From Anthoceros angustus (lineage: Eukaryota > Plantae > Anthocerotophyta): DNA of 64,000 nucleotides. How positions within the stretch are numbered: the stretch's first letter is position 1; each line of letters opens with the position of its first letter. Of this stretch, positions 23,685-36,600 are shown one piece after another. The translations under genes and the position numbers were made by a program. The DNA lies in contig MU008156.1 in NCBI GenBank assembly GCA_010909165.1, positions 496,001-560,000 of the forward strand, read 5' to 3'. The notes under the pieces were generated by a model. That model was not told the DNA's origin. It did not search any database and saw nothing but the letters and a program-made list of their open reading frames with translations.

Positions 23685-23739
23685 GGAAGGCAATTTCGAG
23701 AACTCCGAAAATAAGCAATAGGTAAAATCATGCATGTAC

Positions 23740-24500
23740 TTTTAATTCACGTCTTGCCTTGCTCCAGCCTGTGGCTTCTTTGCTCCTTACTTACAGTGCG
23801 GCTTTGCCCTCGATGATTCTCGGTACACCTTGGTCGTTATCCCTACCGAGTCATCACATTGCCACTCACGACGCCATCCGTGATGTCATGTTCGCCATCA
23901 CTCATGGCGATTACATGGCTTGAAGGAGCGGGTGTACTCTCGTACATGTCGTTCAATCGACGACCTGCACTTGTCCGTGGCGACCATATTTGATTAGCGA
24001 GATGTGGTGGTTACCGATCCTACACGAGACACCATCTCCGCTCAAGTTATCACTGCTTAGTCAGTTGGGCGATGCCAGGCGGCTCTCAAGGTCCAAATAT
24101 AGCATGATGCAAGCGGGCCACCTCTTTATTCCGCTTGCACTAGAAACATCAATGGCTGAGGACTTTGACAAATTTGTCAAGTCCTGTACCAAAGCTTACC
24201 ATGCGCGTAGACACGCGGTGGGTGCATCTCTCGTGCTTCCAGATACTTCCGACAGCGGGTTTCAATTGCCCTTCAACGGGCGCTCTCAACAATGATCTTC
24301 CACAAGGCGGCAATAGTGGTACGATCTTCCTCTACCTCGTGGTTTTGCGGTAGTTTATTCTTCCCGCATATGACGACATGGAGTGCGAGGTGACTTTAGG
24401 TAGGGAGCCTCGGTTGTCCTCTTCACCTCGACCCCTTGGTCCCCTTTGGTTGTCCCCTCCTAGATGGGCTTTTCCCATCGCTTTTCACCTCAATAAAATC
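23740..24500 (+). mobile_element. 5'-truncated, decayed non-LTR retrotransposon with Zn-knuckle + restriction-like endonuclease (CRE-like)
   Basis: Fragments CGFALDDS..HL, HIATHDAIRDVMF, DVVVTDPTRD, KY..HLFIPLALET, YFRQRVSIALQRAL, then AATAAA at ~24492; homologous to 43110-43550 + 48848-49150. Confidence 0.7.
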
Positions 24501-26168
24501 TCCTTTTAATTCTATATCGCTCATTTCGATTGATTGGTAGATGGGAAAATTTTCATGCCTCTTAGATTCGATGTAAAACAACTAATTTTCATATTTCTTA
24601 GTTTCGTCTATAAAAGGCATGTATTTGAGTATGGAATACCAAAGCGGATAGAGGGGATGGGCACTTTTTTTTCGCAAGTTCTTGGAATAATATGTTTGAA
24701 TACCTAGGCATCTATAAGAATATATTGATGCATCTTATGCCGTCGTCCTTACCAAGAGTGGCCATGTATTAAAGCGGTATGTGCAGACACTCTCTTTCAA
24801 AAGTTCTCTTTGAAAATAAGAGTGTCTCTATGGAAACAAGAGTGTTTTCTATTGCATACCAAGCCTTACTGCAGACGGATGTAAGTTGTGTGCATGACAT
24901 AGAAACGGCGAGGTTGGGTTCCAGTGCACAAATTGCCTTCCAATATGTATCACCTCCATCGAGCGATGACAGCCATGTGCTTGTATTGCAGGCGATGGGG
25001 GCTCCTATTGGAGGAGATGGTGTGGGAATGGAGTGAAGAGTAGTGCACAATGTGGACATGGCGGGTCCTGAACCTCTTCAAAACCCTGTTCGTGTGAGGT
25101 ACGAGACGGGAGATAATAGTGTCCAAGGGTGGTTGCTACTTCTTTTGTGGAGCTAGAAGGACTGCGGAGCGTGTTAGCGTAGGCTTGCGGAAGAGTTTTG
25201 ATGTGTGTTGGGTAAAGGCAGACATGTTGAACATGAATTAGAAACTTGTCATACGTGAAAGAGGTGACACAAACTGCAAGCTACATATGTGAGTCGAAAG
25301 ACTATTCAAGGCACAAGTTTTTGCAACGTGAAGACGCAAGCTTGATGTGAGAAGTGGGAAGCTAGAATGAACTCAATTAAAGCGGTTTCAACTGAATCGA
25401 AAGGAATCTCTAGTGGGCCGAAAGGCCTTATGGGGCAAGCCAGAACCATGATGCAAAAGTTGAGGCCTCAAAGGCATATTAAAATTGTGGAAACCTACAT
25501 ATGGAATATTCAGAGCCCTTTGGTAGTATCTTCTACGACGACCCAATGCTTAGTTTCCTTGGTGATGTATGGATTGTTCGTCTCCTCCCACAGGTTGTGG
25601 TCAACATGCGTCAGTTCGTAGCAGGATTTGTGATGAAATCCAAGAACGGACGAAAACATATGGGCCAGCCATCCAACTTGTGAGTTCACCTATCCGCATG
25701 AAATTTGGCCATCCACAACTTAAAGTCCTCAAGGCTTTCCAAGCGCTTCCACCATGCAAGCTCGCAGCAATCATTAGGACCCAAGGCCAGCCATCAGAGT
25801 GAGTGTCTATGAAATAGTGCGCCAACTTTAGGAAGGCACTCTCATAGTACGAAGTCCAAGTCCAATCCAAATACCTGCGACCACAGTCCTTGAGCTTGAA
25901 AAGGACTTCGAAATCCGTAGGGTAGTTCTCAATATGGTAGATAAGGTTGTTGTAGTCTTCGGCGTGCTATAATAGCGCATCCAGCTCCTCGTAGCACGGA
26001 GGCTGCATAGGCTTCTTGGGTCATATGACCTGTAAAGAGCTCAGACCACATATATGTTAGGATCTGGTGAGCGTAGTGGAGGCCGTAGAACCCTCCTCCT
26101 CTGGTGGCCCGCGTACATGCTATGGCTGCAGGTTACGAGGCCTACATAGTCTGAACAGGAGAGGGAGG

Positions 26169-26590
26169 TGTGGAGTGTAACCTTGTGTCTAGGGACACCG
26201 TGAGGTCCACATTCACCCTCAATGTCGTTGTAGGCCTAGGATTCGCTCCCAAGGGAATGGTTTGTGCCAAGAGACGCTAACTTCTATCACTGACCTTTGC
26301 CTAAGTCGGGACTTACACCTATCACTCCTCTTACCTATCTACTCAACTACTACTACCTTCCGACTTGTCCAACGACCGCAAATCTCATTTCACGACGAAT
26401 CTCATTCCACTCGGGTAGTTGCTCGACTACCGAGGTGGGTCCCACACCAAACCCTAGCAACTCATCTCTCAAGACGGCGCCATGGATCCCTAGCACGGCA
26501 GCTACGGCTCAGATCGGACTTTATTTGGCACTCCACACTTCATGCACCACCAATTCCTAGAGACCAAAGTTCCTAGGATACCTCGCGCTG

Positions 26591-26621
<31 letters not shown>

Positions 26622-27030
26622 CGCCACCCCACACGGTTTCTACTAGAGACTTTGTTTTCCTTGTGCACTTTCCACAAGACCGGTTTGAGTTTCTCAATTC
26701 ACACAATTCTCCATCGCTAACGCTCCAATTCGCTCACTTTACTCTTCCACTTACGATCTCACACCTCGCATCGCATGATTTGATCTCCTTCACCCGATCT
26801 CTCTCTCTCTCCCCTCCCTCAATTCGCCCAGTGCTACCAACCATGCACTCACACACCCCGATTTGAACACAACTTTCGGGTTTAAAGGTGAAGGAGGAAG
26901 AAACCGGCCGCAACAGCGCACGAGCAAGCTCCGGACCCGCCCGCCGATCCCTTGGCTTCCTCCTCCGTTGTCGACAAATTGCTCCATCACCTCCCTCACC
27001 CATGAGCCGCACTGCCGAGGAATATCTCGC
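26169..27030 (-). mobile_element. Partial LTR (3' terminus at 26169) of the gypsy family whose 5' LTR is at 33605-38852
   Basis: tgtggagtgta..gggacaccgtgaggtccacattcaccctcaatgtcg.. is colinear with 33605-~34460; includes an (AC)n tract at ~26590-26618. Confidence 0.8.
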
Positions 27031-27266
27031 CTGGGCCAAGGAGGTTTTGCGTGAGTGAAAAAGAAATTGGAAAGGCTCGACAGCTCTTGTCGCTGGAGAA
27101 TGAAAGAACATACGAGACCTTTTGGATGAGGGTCAACAAACACTAGACAGATGGCCTTCGTGATCGGGTTGATGGGATAGAGGAAGATGATGCAGGCAAT
27201 GAAGGCGAGACACTTTCAAGACGCATGACAGCCGCTTTAGAAACATTACTGCCCCCGATGTGTCTA

Positions 27267-27367
27267 TGTGGAGTGTAACCTTGTGTCTAGGGACACCGTG
27301 AGGTCCACATTCACCCTCAATGTCGAGGCCTAGGATTCGCTCCCAAGGGAATGGTTTGTGAAGAGAC
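27267..27367 (-). mobile_element. ~100-bp LTR terminus fragment
   Basis: Near-identical to 26169-26275. Confidence 0.8.
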
Positions 27368-29559
27368 ACCGTTGAATGGTGTCTTGTCTGAGGTTAGATA
27401 ATAAATGGTCCTTGATCAAAACTCGATATTCCTTGGCCTTTAGTCTTCGAATATCGGTAGGAAGTCAATATATATGGGAGGGGGTCATTTGGTAGAGGCT
27501 AAGTCCATAATTTAGAGGTCATCCAACCAGGTAGTAATAAGTGTGAGGTTGCGACCGAAATGTGAGTTATGTTTCGAGAACTTGAATGACGGGCGTGGAA
27601 GGAAGCACAAGGAGAAGAAGTCGAAGCCGACCCGGTAGGGGAAGTTTGTGAATTTAACCCTAAGAAAACTGAGGTCAAACGATTCAAACGGTGAACGGCT
27701 GGAGCAAGATCGAGAGTGGAGCGTGAACCGAGCAGCTAGCGATGGTGGAGCGCGATCGGAGGAGTACCGATCGCCGGAGGACTAGAGGCAATCGAGGAAG
27801 GGCAGNNNNNNNNNNNNNNNNNNNNNNNNNNNNNNNNNNNNNNNNNNNNNNNNNNNNNNNNNNNNNNNNNNNNNNNNNNNNNNNNNNNNNNNNNNNNNNN
27901 NNNNNNNNNNNNNNNNNNNNNNNNNNNNNNNNNNNNNNNNNNNNNNNNNNNNNNNNNNNNNNNNNNNNNNNNNNNNNNNNNNNNNNNNNNNNNNNNNNNN
28001 NNNNNNNNNNNNNNNNNNNNNNNNNNNNNNNNNNNNNNNNNNNNNNNNNNNNNNNNNNNNNNNNNNNNNNNNNNNNNNNNNNNNNNNNNNNNNNNNNNNN
28101 NNNNNNNNNNNNNNNNNNNNNNNTCTCCTTCCCTCGGCCCTCCTTGATTTCGCCTTTTTCGATTCATGTATTTGCGCATTTAGGGTGTTTAACGGAGTTG
28201 GGCATGTCCATACATGGTTGGGCCGGTCGGGGAACTCAAGGTAGAAGGAGGAATTTAAGGAGGATTCGGGCAAGGATTCCAGTTGAGTCGCCTCCACGGA
28301 AGGTTCGGAAGAGGGTGGGGAAGTTTCCAAGGGTAAGAAGCGAAGGCGGCAGTCGAGCGGGGGTCGTGAAAAGGAGGACGGCAGCGGAGGAGGAACCCAC
28401 GCTACACCGGTCACAGTCGAAGGCAGCGAGCATGGAGGGAGGAGCACACGTATGGTTGTCCAAATGAGGAGGAGCGGACAATGGACATAGAGGGACACAG
28501 GCCAACGTCCGCTGGAAGGCGCGAGGGAAATTCAAAGGAGAGCGAGGTGGAGGTTGGGGGAAAATCGCCGGATCGAGGCGAGGCCAAGAGCGAGAGGGGT
28601 CCCCATGGGCCGAGGGCGAGGCAAAGAATCGCGAGGCGGCAGCTGATTTTAGGAGAGTCGATAGCCTAGGACCGGGTTTTTTTCGCGAGAGGATAGGGAG
28701 TTCCATCACCGTAGAGTCTGTTGCTTAGATTGGTAAGGCGCCGTGGTAGGAGCTACAATTTTAGACACTAAAGAGAAGTGAGTGTTGGACCACAGATGTA
28801 TAAGAGACCCTGGGTGTCTCTCAAGGCATTTCGTGTGAACTTCCGCATCGAACCGCCGAGTGGGGTTGATTGGAGACCCCGTCAAGATCAAACGCCCGCG
28901 ACCGCCTCGTCACAAGAAGGCCGGAAGATCTCGGATGGTCGAGAGCGGAGTGGCCAAGCTCCACGCCGTAAGGAGGGCCGGAAAAAAGAGGTAGGAGTGC
29001 CGGACGGCCGAGGCGGAATCTGGAAGGCGAATCGCCCAAGCACCGACCGGGTTTTCCGATCCTCTTTCCAACTGCCGCCACTGTGTTCATTCCATGAGAG
29101 AGGGGTCCGTGTGGCCAAGGAGGGGTCTGTGTGGCCCGTGAGACGAGAGAGAGTTCATTGGGAAGGGAAAGGTTCCGGAGTAGTTGCGGCTACCGAGGGA
29201 TTGTGAGAGTGTGAGGGAAAATAAACGCGAGGGGAGTGAAGCGTGAGGATCGCAGAAATTCCGGTAAGGTGAGGCGATATAGGTGTCCGATAGCCTAGGT
29301 CCGTGTTAGAGAAGTCGGATTAATAGACTCCGCAAGGCGGCGCATTGGGGCCGCCAGCGAACCGCCACCGCGGTGGCCGAGTCTACCACGGTGGTGGGCA
29401 GGGTAGCCGGAGAAGGTGAGTAGCGACGGGCAGTCTAGAATCCATAGATTTAGCACACCTTGACACAACACCATTCCCTTGGGATCGAATCCTAGGACTA
29501 TAACGACATAGAGGGTAAATGTGGCCTCTTTGCGCCTTCGATGCAAAACCCATTCCACA
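27368..29559 (+). mobile_element. Related LTR in opposite orientation, spanning the assembly gap and interrupting the RT
   Basis: Ends ..cccattccaca at 29559, as at 47636. 28124-29559 is colinear (with deletions) with 44935-47636, and 27380-27500 matches the TATA region of the other LTRs. The minus-strand RT stops at EKCYFGIF exactly at 29560. Confidence 0.75.
27806..28123. other. Assembly gap (318 N)
   Basis: Run of n. Confidence 1.
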
Positions 29560-32500
29560 AAGATGCCGAAATAACATTTCTCGGATGTAAACACAATTGG
29601 GTTTGACACCGTTCGGACATTTGCGAAGGTGGTTGAGGTGATCTTCGCTCCAAACACGCAGAAGTCATCCAGAAGACCTCCATGAAGTCCCTAAGGTATT
29701 CCTTGAAAATCTTGACAACGTCTGCATGAAGGATCCCGTGCCTGTTAATCCGAACGCACTCCGCTTGTAGGCATAGGTTCCCTCAGTAGTGAAGGTCGTG
29801 CCAATCACTCTCCCGAGATGCGGTTATACCTCGAATACCCATCCAGAACGAGTAGACCATTCTCCCCGCAACTAAGTCCAAGATGTTGTCTATGAATGGA
29901 AGCGGTAGTGGTCTTTTGGTCACCTTGTTTAACTTCCTCCAATCTGACCCGTATCTTCCCTTCGCTTTTGGGAACCACCACAATTGGGGCTACCGATGTC
30001 ACAATAGGATATATGACGCTACGCAAGTAGAGCTCCAATTGTTCCTTTACCTTCATGAATACTTTGGATTTAGCTTGTATTGCAGTATCCTGACCGCACG
30101 GCACCCGGCTCGAGATCAATCTTGTGCCCCCCACTCCCTCGGTATACCCTTCATGTCGTAACCAAAAGCAAAAACATGGATAAATTCCGCCAAATTGTTT
30201 CATACCCTTTCCAAGTCGCATTCATCCTGCTCGAAAACTTAAGGACCTTTCCGCAACACTTACATCCTTGACCTCATCCGTCTGTACCCACTCTCTTTCC
30301 ACCGGCGCGGATGTGATGCCGAACCCTTCCTCCGGCTGTCTTGGTTCTCCTTCGCGCATTCCCCATTCCCGGAATAGGTCGTCTGAGGTGAAACGTGAGA
30401 CACCCTCCTCGCATCCCTCCGAAGTTTGTCCAGATGCGTCGCTCCCCGGCTCAGCCACCTCTACTTCCTGTTCCTCGACCTCCGTCCCAGCCTTCTCAGT
30501 CCCGATCCTCCTCCCGATTGTCAACTGTGACTCCATAGCAACCTAATAGGTTGATGGAATGGGGAATATCTCTCCGGTAGTCGTCCTCTTCATCTGACCA
30601 CGAAATATGTGCGAATGGGAATTTCTCCTTCTCATCCTCCCCCCCAGAGGTATCTTCAGCAGAGGTGTATCCCTCCGTTTCCGTGGGTGTCTCCCCTGCA
30701 CGTATCTCTGCTCCAAGTCAAACATATCCTTCCCTCCTTAATTTTGGAGTCCCAGTCCAGAGGTTTGAATCCCACTTCCTTTCTTGCCCATTTGAAGGTG
30801 CAACGTGCCCCATACATCCATGTTCGTCCAATGAGAACCTCATATCCTGGCGCTTTTTGTTTAATGACCACGTAGTCCATGAGGTACGGAATGGTACCAA
30901 TATGGGTTAGGACTCCCGACTCCCCTACCGGCGCCATTTTGGACATGTCCGCCAGCCGCAACACCTTTGATGTATGTTCTATCTGCAACCCAAGCTTCCG
31001 AGCGGTCTCCTCTGTCATGATGTTGACCCCTGACCCGGAATCTAGCGGCACCTTCTTGATTACACATCCCGCAATTTCTATCTCAGAGCTCAGACTCCAG
31101 TCCATCATGGCCACCATATTCACAGAAGGGGTTTCGCCTTGGGGTGGAAAGGTTCGTCTCTCTTGTGCCGCCTTCAATGCCCCACGGATTTCGGTACGCG
31201 GATTGTCCCCGAAGTCGTCAATGTTATCATGAACTTTTGGTCCATGATAGCCAAATTGAAAGGAACACCGTGCTTTGCTTTCTCCTTGCCAACCCCACCG
31301 TCATTTCAGAACCGTAGCTGTTGATGTTGCGGTCGTTGAAACAGATGGCGGTAGGTGGGTCGTGGGTGGCCAAAGGTACGATGCCGAGTCTGTTCCAGTT
31401 CTTGTCGGATCATATCCATAACTTCCTCGACATCGGGCGGAACGACTCATCCTTTTTTCCTCTGCGGGTTTTTCGCCCCATGTGTCGACTCGAGTCCCAC
31501 CGTCCACTGTCTCGTTTTGCACTTCACCCTCGAATCCGCGGTCCGCTAAGGGAGTTACTGTGATGCCATCCAAATCGCAACCTCGCGTTAAGTGTGGCGT
31601 TTTGCTCCCGTCCGGATTCGCATGCCCTTTCTTTTTCACGACTCATACCGAGTCCCTCGTCCCTTTTGTGGTTGGACTTCCTTCCCCGCTGAAGGACGCC
31701 TCTTCCTCCTCACTTTGACGTTATGGCTCCCACTCGTTCTTCTTCTTTTTTCCCCGCTCCCCTTCTTAGGGTGTCCGCCTTCCTCTCGCTCCCGTCGAGC
31801 GACCATCGCAGGAGTTCCGTAATACCCACTCCACATCCCCAACCCTTCCGGGCTCCTATGCGGCCTCGGAATCCTCCATCTGACCATGAGCGCATCTTCG
31901 ACTTGCATTGCCGGCCGGTCATGCGGGGGTGGGTCGAGAACGGAGGTTGAGCAATCCTCACATGTTTCTTCGGTGTCTGAGGACGCTGCCAGCTACGTGA
32001 CCTGATTGCTTGCAATCCACACACAACCTTTCAAAATCACCATTCCCCTGGCGAGATGCGGAGGGGCAACCACTGGCAAGATGCCCGAACCCTCGACAAT
32101 TGTAACACTGTATGGCACTCATCTGTCCTGGGTTTCTTACCATCTGAGTACGAATACCCATACCAGCGGGGTTTCGTAAACTTGAGGGGTATAGTTTGAC
32201 CCAGAGTGTTGCCTTGGATTTGGTATGTATCTTCCAAGCACATCTCCTCATCCTCCTCGTAGCCCAAGTACTTTTGTTTGTGGACGACCTCGAGTGCCCC
32301 CTGTCCACAAGTTGAGAAGAGATTCGCCCGCTCCCGAGTAGCAACCCTTCTTCTATCATGGTCCTTGATGGCATTAAGATGGAGTTTCTCTTTGACCATC
32401 ATTTCCTCCATCTTGTTCCCTTGTTGCTCCACTTTTTGGCTGCTTGTTTCCACCTCTCTTCTCACCGCTCCGCGTCCTTTCGTGCATATAGCAGCCCTTT

Positions 32501-33300
32501 TGCACGCCGTCTTGTTCCCATCATTTTTCCCTTCCTTCTATCCCTTCGGTTGCGCTCACCGTCCGACGAATTCTCCTCCGAATCCTCGCTGGTCTCCTCT
32601 TCCGTGGAGCTACCCGAGGAGTCATCTGAAGAGCTATCCTCCTCCGCGGAACTCTCCTCGGAGGACGAATAGTACTTCTTCTTCTTTTGTATCTCTTTTT
32701 GTCCTTCCGCGCCCTTGTTCGAGTTCTTCTTCTCTTCCGTTGGACTCCTCATAGTTCGAGCGCCTTGATCGCCCGATCCAAATCTTTCTCACCGAGACGA
32801 CGGTCTTCCCATCTCCGCGCCCAATCCTCTTGCAAACCGAATGGCCATTAGCTCGAGGACACCGATCCGTAGGTGTGGAACCTTTCCACATAAGCTGCGG
32901 TCTCCTTCTTCCCTCTCGCAATCCCTCCAAGTTTGGACAAGACATCCTTCCACATCGACCCTCCGAATCTTTCACAAAAGCTCTCTTCAAGGCCCCAAAG
33001 GTAGGGGTGTGGAAGAAGCTATGTACTCCGCTTGTACCACTTGGCCGCCGCGTAAGACCCCATAAACAGCAATGCGCATCCTCCGGTTGGCCACCGCTCA
33101 AAACGCTCGACAAACTCGTCAGGATCCTCATGGCCCTTCTTTTCTCCATACAACGGGTAGGATTGCTTAGTAGTAACAAGCAGAGATCGCCATAACCGTG
33201 GGTAGTACTTTCACGATTGTAGTGACGCGCGCTACGCCCTGGAGACCTCCACATTCACGAAATTTGACTGGACTGCAGCGGATCTAGGCAATCTGGAGCA
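29560..33300 (-). mobile_element. Ty3/gypsy internal region: gag (two Zn knuckles), aspartic protease, N-terminal RT; frameshifted; RNase H/integrase not seen
   Basis: QCYNCRGFGHLASGCP and CVDCKQSGHVAGS; VPLDSGSGVNIM..YEVLIGRTW; VAPIVVVPKSEGKIR, LPLPFIDNILDLVAG, LDGYS, MEV(F)LDDFCV, SEKCYF. PR directly followed by RT is the gypsy order. Confidence 0.88.
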
Positions 33301-33585
33301 GAGATCAAAAGACAAGGTGGGGATCGCACGGCCCCTTGTACCGCTCGTAGTCGAGAGTTGGGAATCAATCGAAGATCCGATCCCTAGTTCCGAGTTGACT
33401 CGCCCCTTCCTCGTCGAAGTGTGATCTCCGCGTGCTCTCGTAACTCTCGCAATCTTTCCGCCGCTGCTGCTTGCGAGCGTTTCCCCACCGGATCGAATCG
33501 CTTGTCTCCACCCGAGGCATCCATCAATCTAGTAATGCTAGACTCTACGTAAGCAGGGTTAGTCCCCTCGCCCTTGACGATTCCA

Positions 33586-33601
33586 TTCCCGGCAGGCGCC
33601 A
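33586..33601 (-). promoter_or_regulatory. Primer-binding site, tRNA-Asp-like (Athila-type)
   Basis: Immediately after the LTR end ..TCCACA: TTT-TGGCGCCTGCCGGGAA, close to the Athila PBS TGGCGCCGTTGCCGGGGA. Confidence 0.6.
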
Positions 33602-33604
33602 AAA

Positions 33605-36600
33605 TGTGGAGTGTAGTGTCCGGGACACCGTGAGGTCCACATTCACCCTCAATGTCGTTGTAGGCTTAGGATTCGCTCCCAAGGGAATGGTTTGTGCCAA
33701 GAGACGCTAACTTCTATCACCATCGACCTTTGCCTAAGTGGCTCACGCTATCACTCCTCTTACCTATCTACTCAACTACTACTACCTCCGACTTGTCCAA
33801 CGACCGCACCCATTTCACGACGAAATCTCCTTCCACAACCGGTAGTTGTTACGACCACCGAGGTGGGTCCCACACCAAACCCTAGCATCTAGCGCCCGCG
33901 GATGCACGGCCCACCGGCTCACAGACGGACATTTGGCACTCCACACTTCATGCACCCACCAATTCCTAGAGACCAAAGTTCCTAGGATACCACGCGCTCT
34001 CCACACACACACACACAAAGGCGCCACCCCCATTTCTACTAGAGACTTTGTTTCCTTGTGCACTTTCCACCACACCGGTTTGAGTTTCTCAATTCACACT
34101 TCTCCACGCTAACGCCTCCAATTCTCACCTTACTCTTCCCACTTACGATCTCACACCGCATCGCTGATGTTTGATCTCTCCTTCACCCGATCTCTTCTCT
34201 CTCTCCCTCAATCGCCCACAGGCTTCCAACCATGCACTCACACAACTCTCACGGAACACAACTAGTTAAAGGTGAAGGAGGAAGAACCGCCACAGCGCCA
34301 CGAGCCCGCCGCCGATCCCTTGGCCTCCTCCTTGTCAAGAAATTGCTCCATCACCTCCTCCTCCCCGGAGCAAGCTCTCGACCACCCCTAGGAGCGCCTC
34401 GCACACCACCTCGCCAATCGGACGTCTCCAACCATCCAGTGGGGATCTCAACCGGAGTTATCTCGTGGGAAAGTTGCCCCTCTTATACATCGGCCGGCCG
34501 CCTGCTTTCCCAGATTTTAGATCCTAAAACCAAGGACGCCACCCTAAGCGATCCTAGGTCCAAGTGCATTTTCTTCCTAGGATGCTACCACCTCGCACGC
34601 TATCCGCGCCGCCCCCGACTCGTCGGCCGCCCTTCGCCCTCCATCGCCGCCACGAGCCCTCCCGCCACGCCGATCCGAGGTTTTCCCACAGGACTTCCAC
34701 CTCACCGTCACTGGACGCCCTAATTGAGGGCATACCGCCGAACTTCCGCCTCTTCCGGCCGCCTATTGCCGAGGATTACCACGGTTCCTCATCCACCCAA
34801 GCTGGACCTCCTCTTCACTCAACTCCTCCAAAGTCGCCTCCGCAATAGGGGCCAATCCCCACACGGGCGCAATGGTAGAAGTATGCACTTCGGGTCCTCA
34901 CTGAGGTAGGACCTGATCCTCCTCCTCCCAGACTACACCGTTGCTCGGTCCATGTCCTCGCGGGTGCCGCCGCTCCCGCCGCCTGGCCCATTGCCGCCTC
35001 CACTACCACGTAGTGGTCTCCACGACCGCCGCTGGTCCAAAGAGTGGTAGGTGTTGCACCACCTTGGCTGTGTCCTTCCTCCAGAGTGCCTTCCACTACC
35101 CCGGCCGTAGTCCCGCCACCTCGCCTCTTTTCTCGTTCGCCACGTGCCTCATCCTGCTCCGCTTATACTGCTCCGCCAGCTTATGGACCTTCTCCACCGA
35201 GGCCGCCTCGCCTCGGGCTCGCAACAACTCCCTGCATCTCTGGTTTGACTCGTGGGCATCCTTGATTTGAGCCATGAGCTTCCTCGACCATGGCTGCACT
35301 CTCGGCCCCGCACAAATCCTCCTCAAGCTTGATCCTTATCTCCTCTAAGGCCCGCTTGTCTTCCTCCAGCTTGCTACTGGCCTCCTTCACAAACCCGGCC
35401 TTCACCACTTCCTCCCGCCGCCTTGCACACCGAGCCATGTGAGAGCCAAGGCCGCTTGGTCCAACAACCGCTTGGGCCCGGATCATCGATGTCGCCGCCC
35501 CGTAATTCCACCTGCGGCCCTGCGCACGCCATCCCTCCGTCGAGCACCTTCCTTCCCAACAAAGTGCGCACCTCACCAATTCGCGGCCCACCTGCCGCTG
35601 GAGTCCCTTGAAAATCTCTTCCCATGCCGAGGAGGGGTCCGCTCGAGGTCGCCCCTAATTCCTCCTGGTGGCTCATCATCTCGCATCCAGTCAAGAAATT
35701 TTCTTCCTCGGACCGCCTCTTCCTCCGCCACCTCCCGCTTTTCATTTTCTTTGCTTTTTCCTGTAGCGGCACCCGCCGACCACGACGTCCCACCTTCACT
35801 TTTCAGCCCTCACCTCTTCCTTCTTGCTGGTAGAATTTCCTTCTCTTCCTCGAATCGCCTGCCGCCATGGACTCCCAATCCGATTCCTCCTCAATTTCCT
35901 TAGGCTCCTCCGCTTCCACTTCACCTCCGACGGCTTCCACATATGAAGGAGGCCACAATTTCTACCTCCGGCGTCAATTAGCATGCGCATAAAGATGAAC
36001 TAGGAATGGTGAAATTAGAGAGGGCCGAGGGTAGGAGAAATCGATTCAACCTTTCTTCACTCAACTTCTCAAAGAGGATTCGCCCCCGATCGCCTTGACA
36101 ACTTCATGGAGGAACAACAAGTGGTCGACAAATAATCCCGCTTCTTGTCAGAGGAAGGGGAGAAGCCATCCGCACTCCATTAATCGGCTGCTGCACAATT
36201 CTCGCTACCAACCATTTTTTTGGACACGCCCGCAAGGGCGGGCCAGGTTTCTCCGAGAAGGTTCCATCACCAAACCTCCGCCTCCTCCTTGCCGCCCATA
36301 CACTTCCCTAACCAATGCCAGTCCCAATCCCGAGGTTTTGCTCTAATTCCCTCGCCTGTTGCTTGTCTTTAGGTGGCGAGCGCACTCGCACTCACCCGAC
36401 CGTGTAATTCCACCGCTTCTCCATGAACCCCAGCCCGAGCTCCTTCACTGTGCCCCTCACGGACTTTCCAATGGTCCATGTTTGGCCATTGGGCAAGCGC
36501 ATCTCACTGTGGCTTTGGGCGCCATCCTTCCGCAGATAGTCCCTGCCGCGCCTCGACGGTGCCACTGCCAATTCTCGGCGTCGCCTGTGGTTCCTACCTC

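Noticed and set aside
24760-26168. Possible decayed gag-like remnant on the - strand
   Set aside because: It looks coding-derived, but I found no motif I can identify with confidence.
27736-28498. ORFs of 147-241 aa crossing the gap
   Set aside because: Artefacts of the N run.
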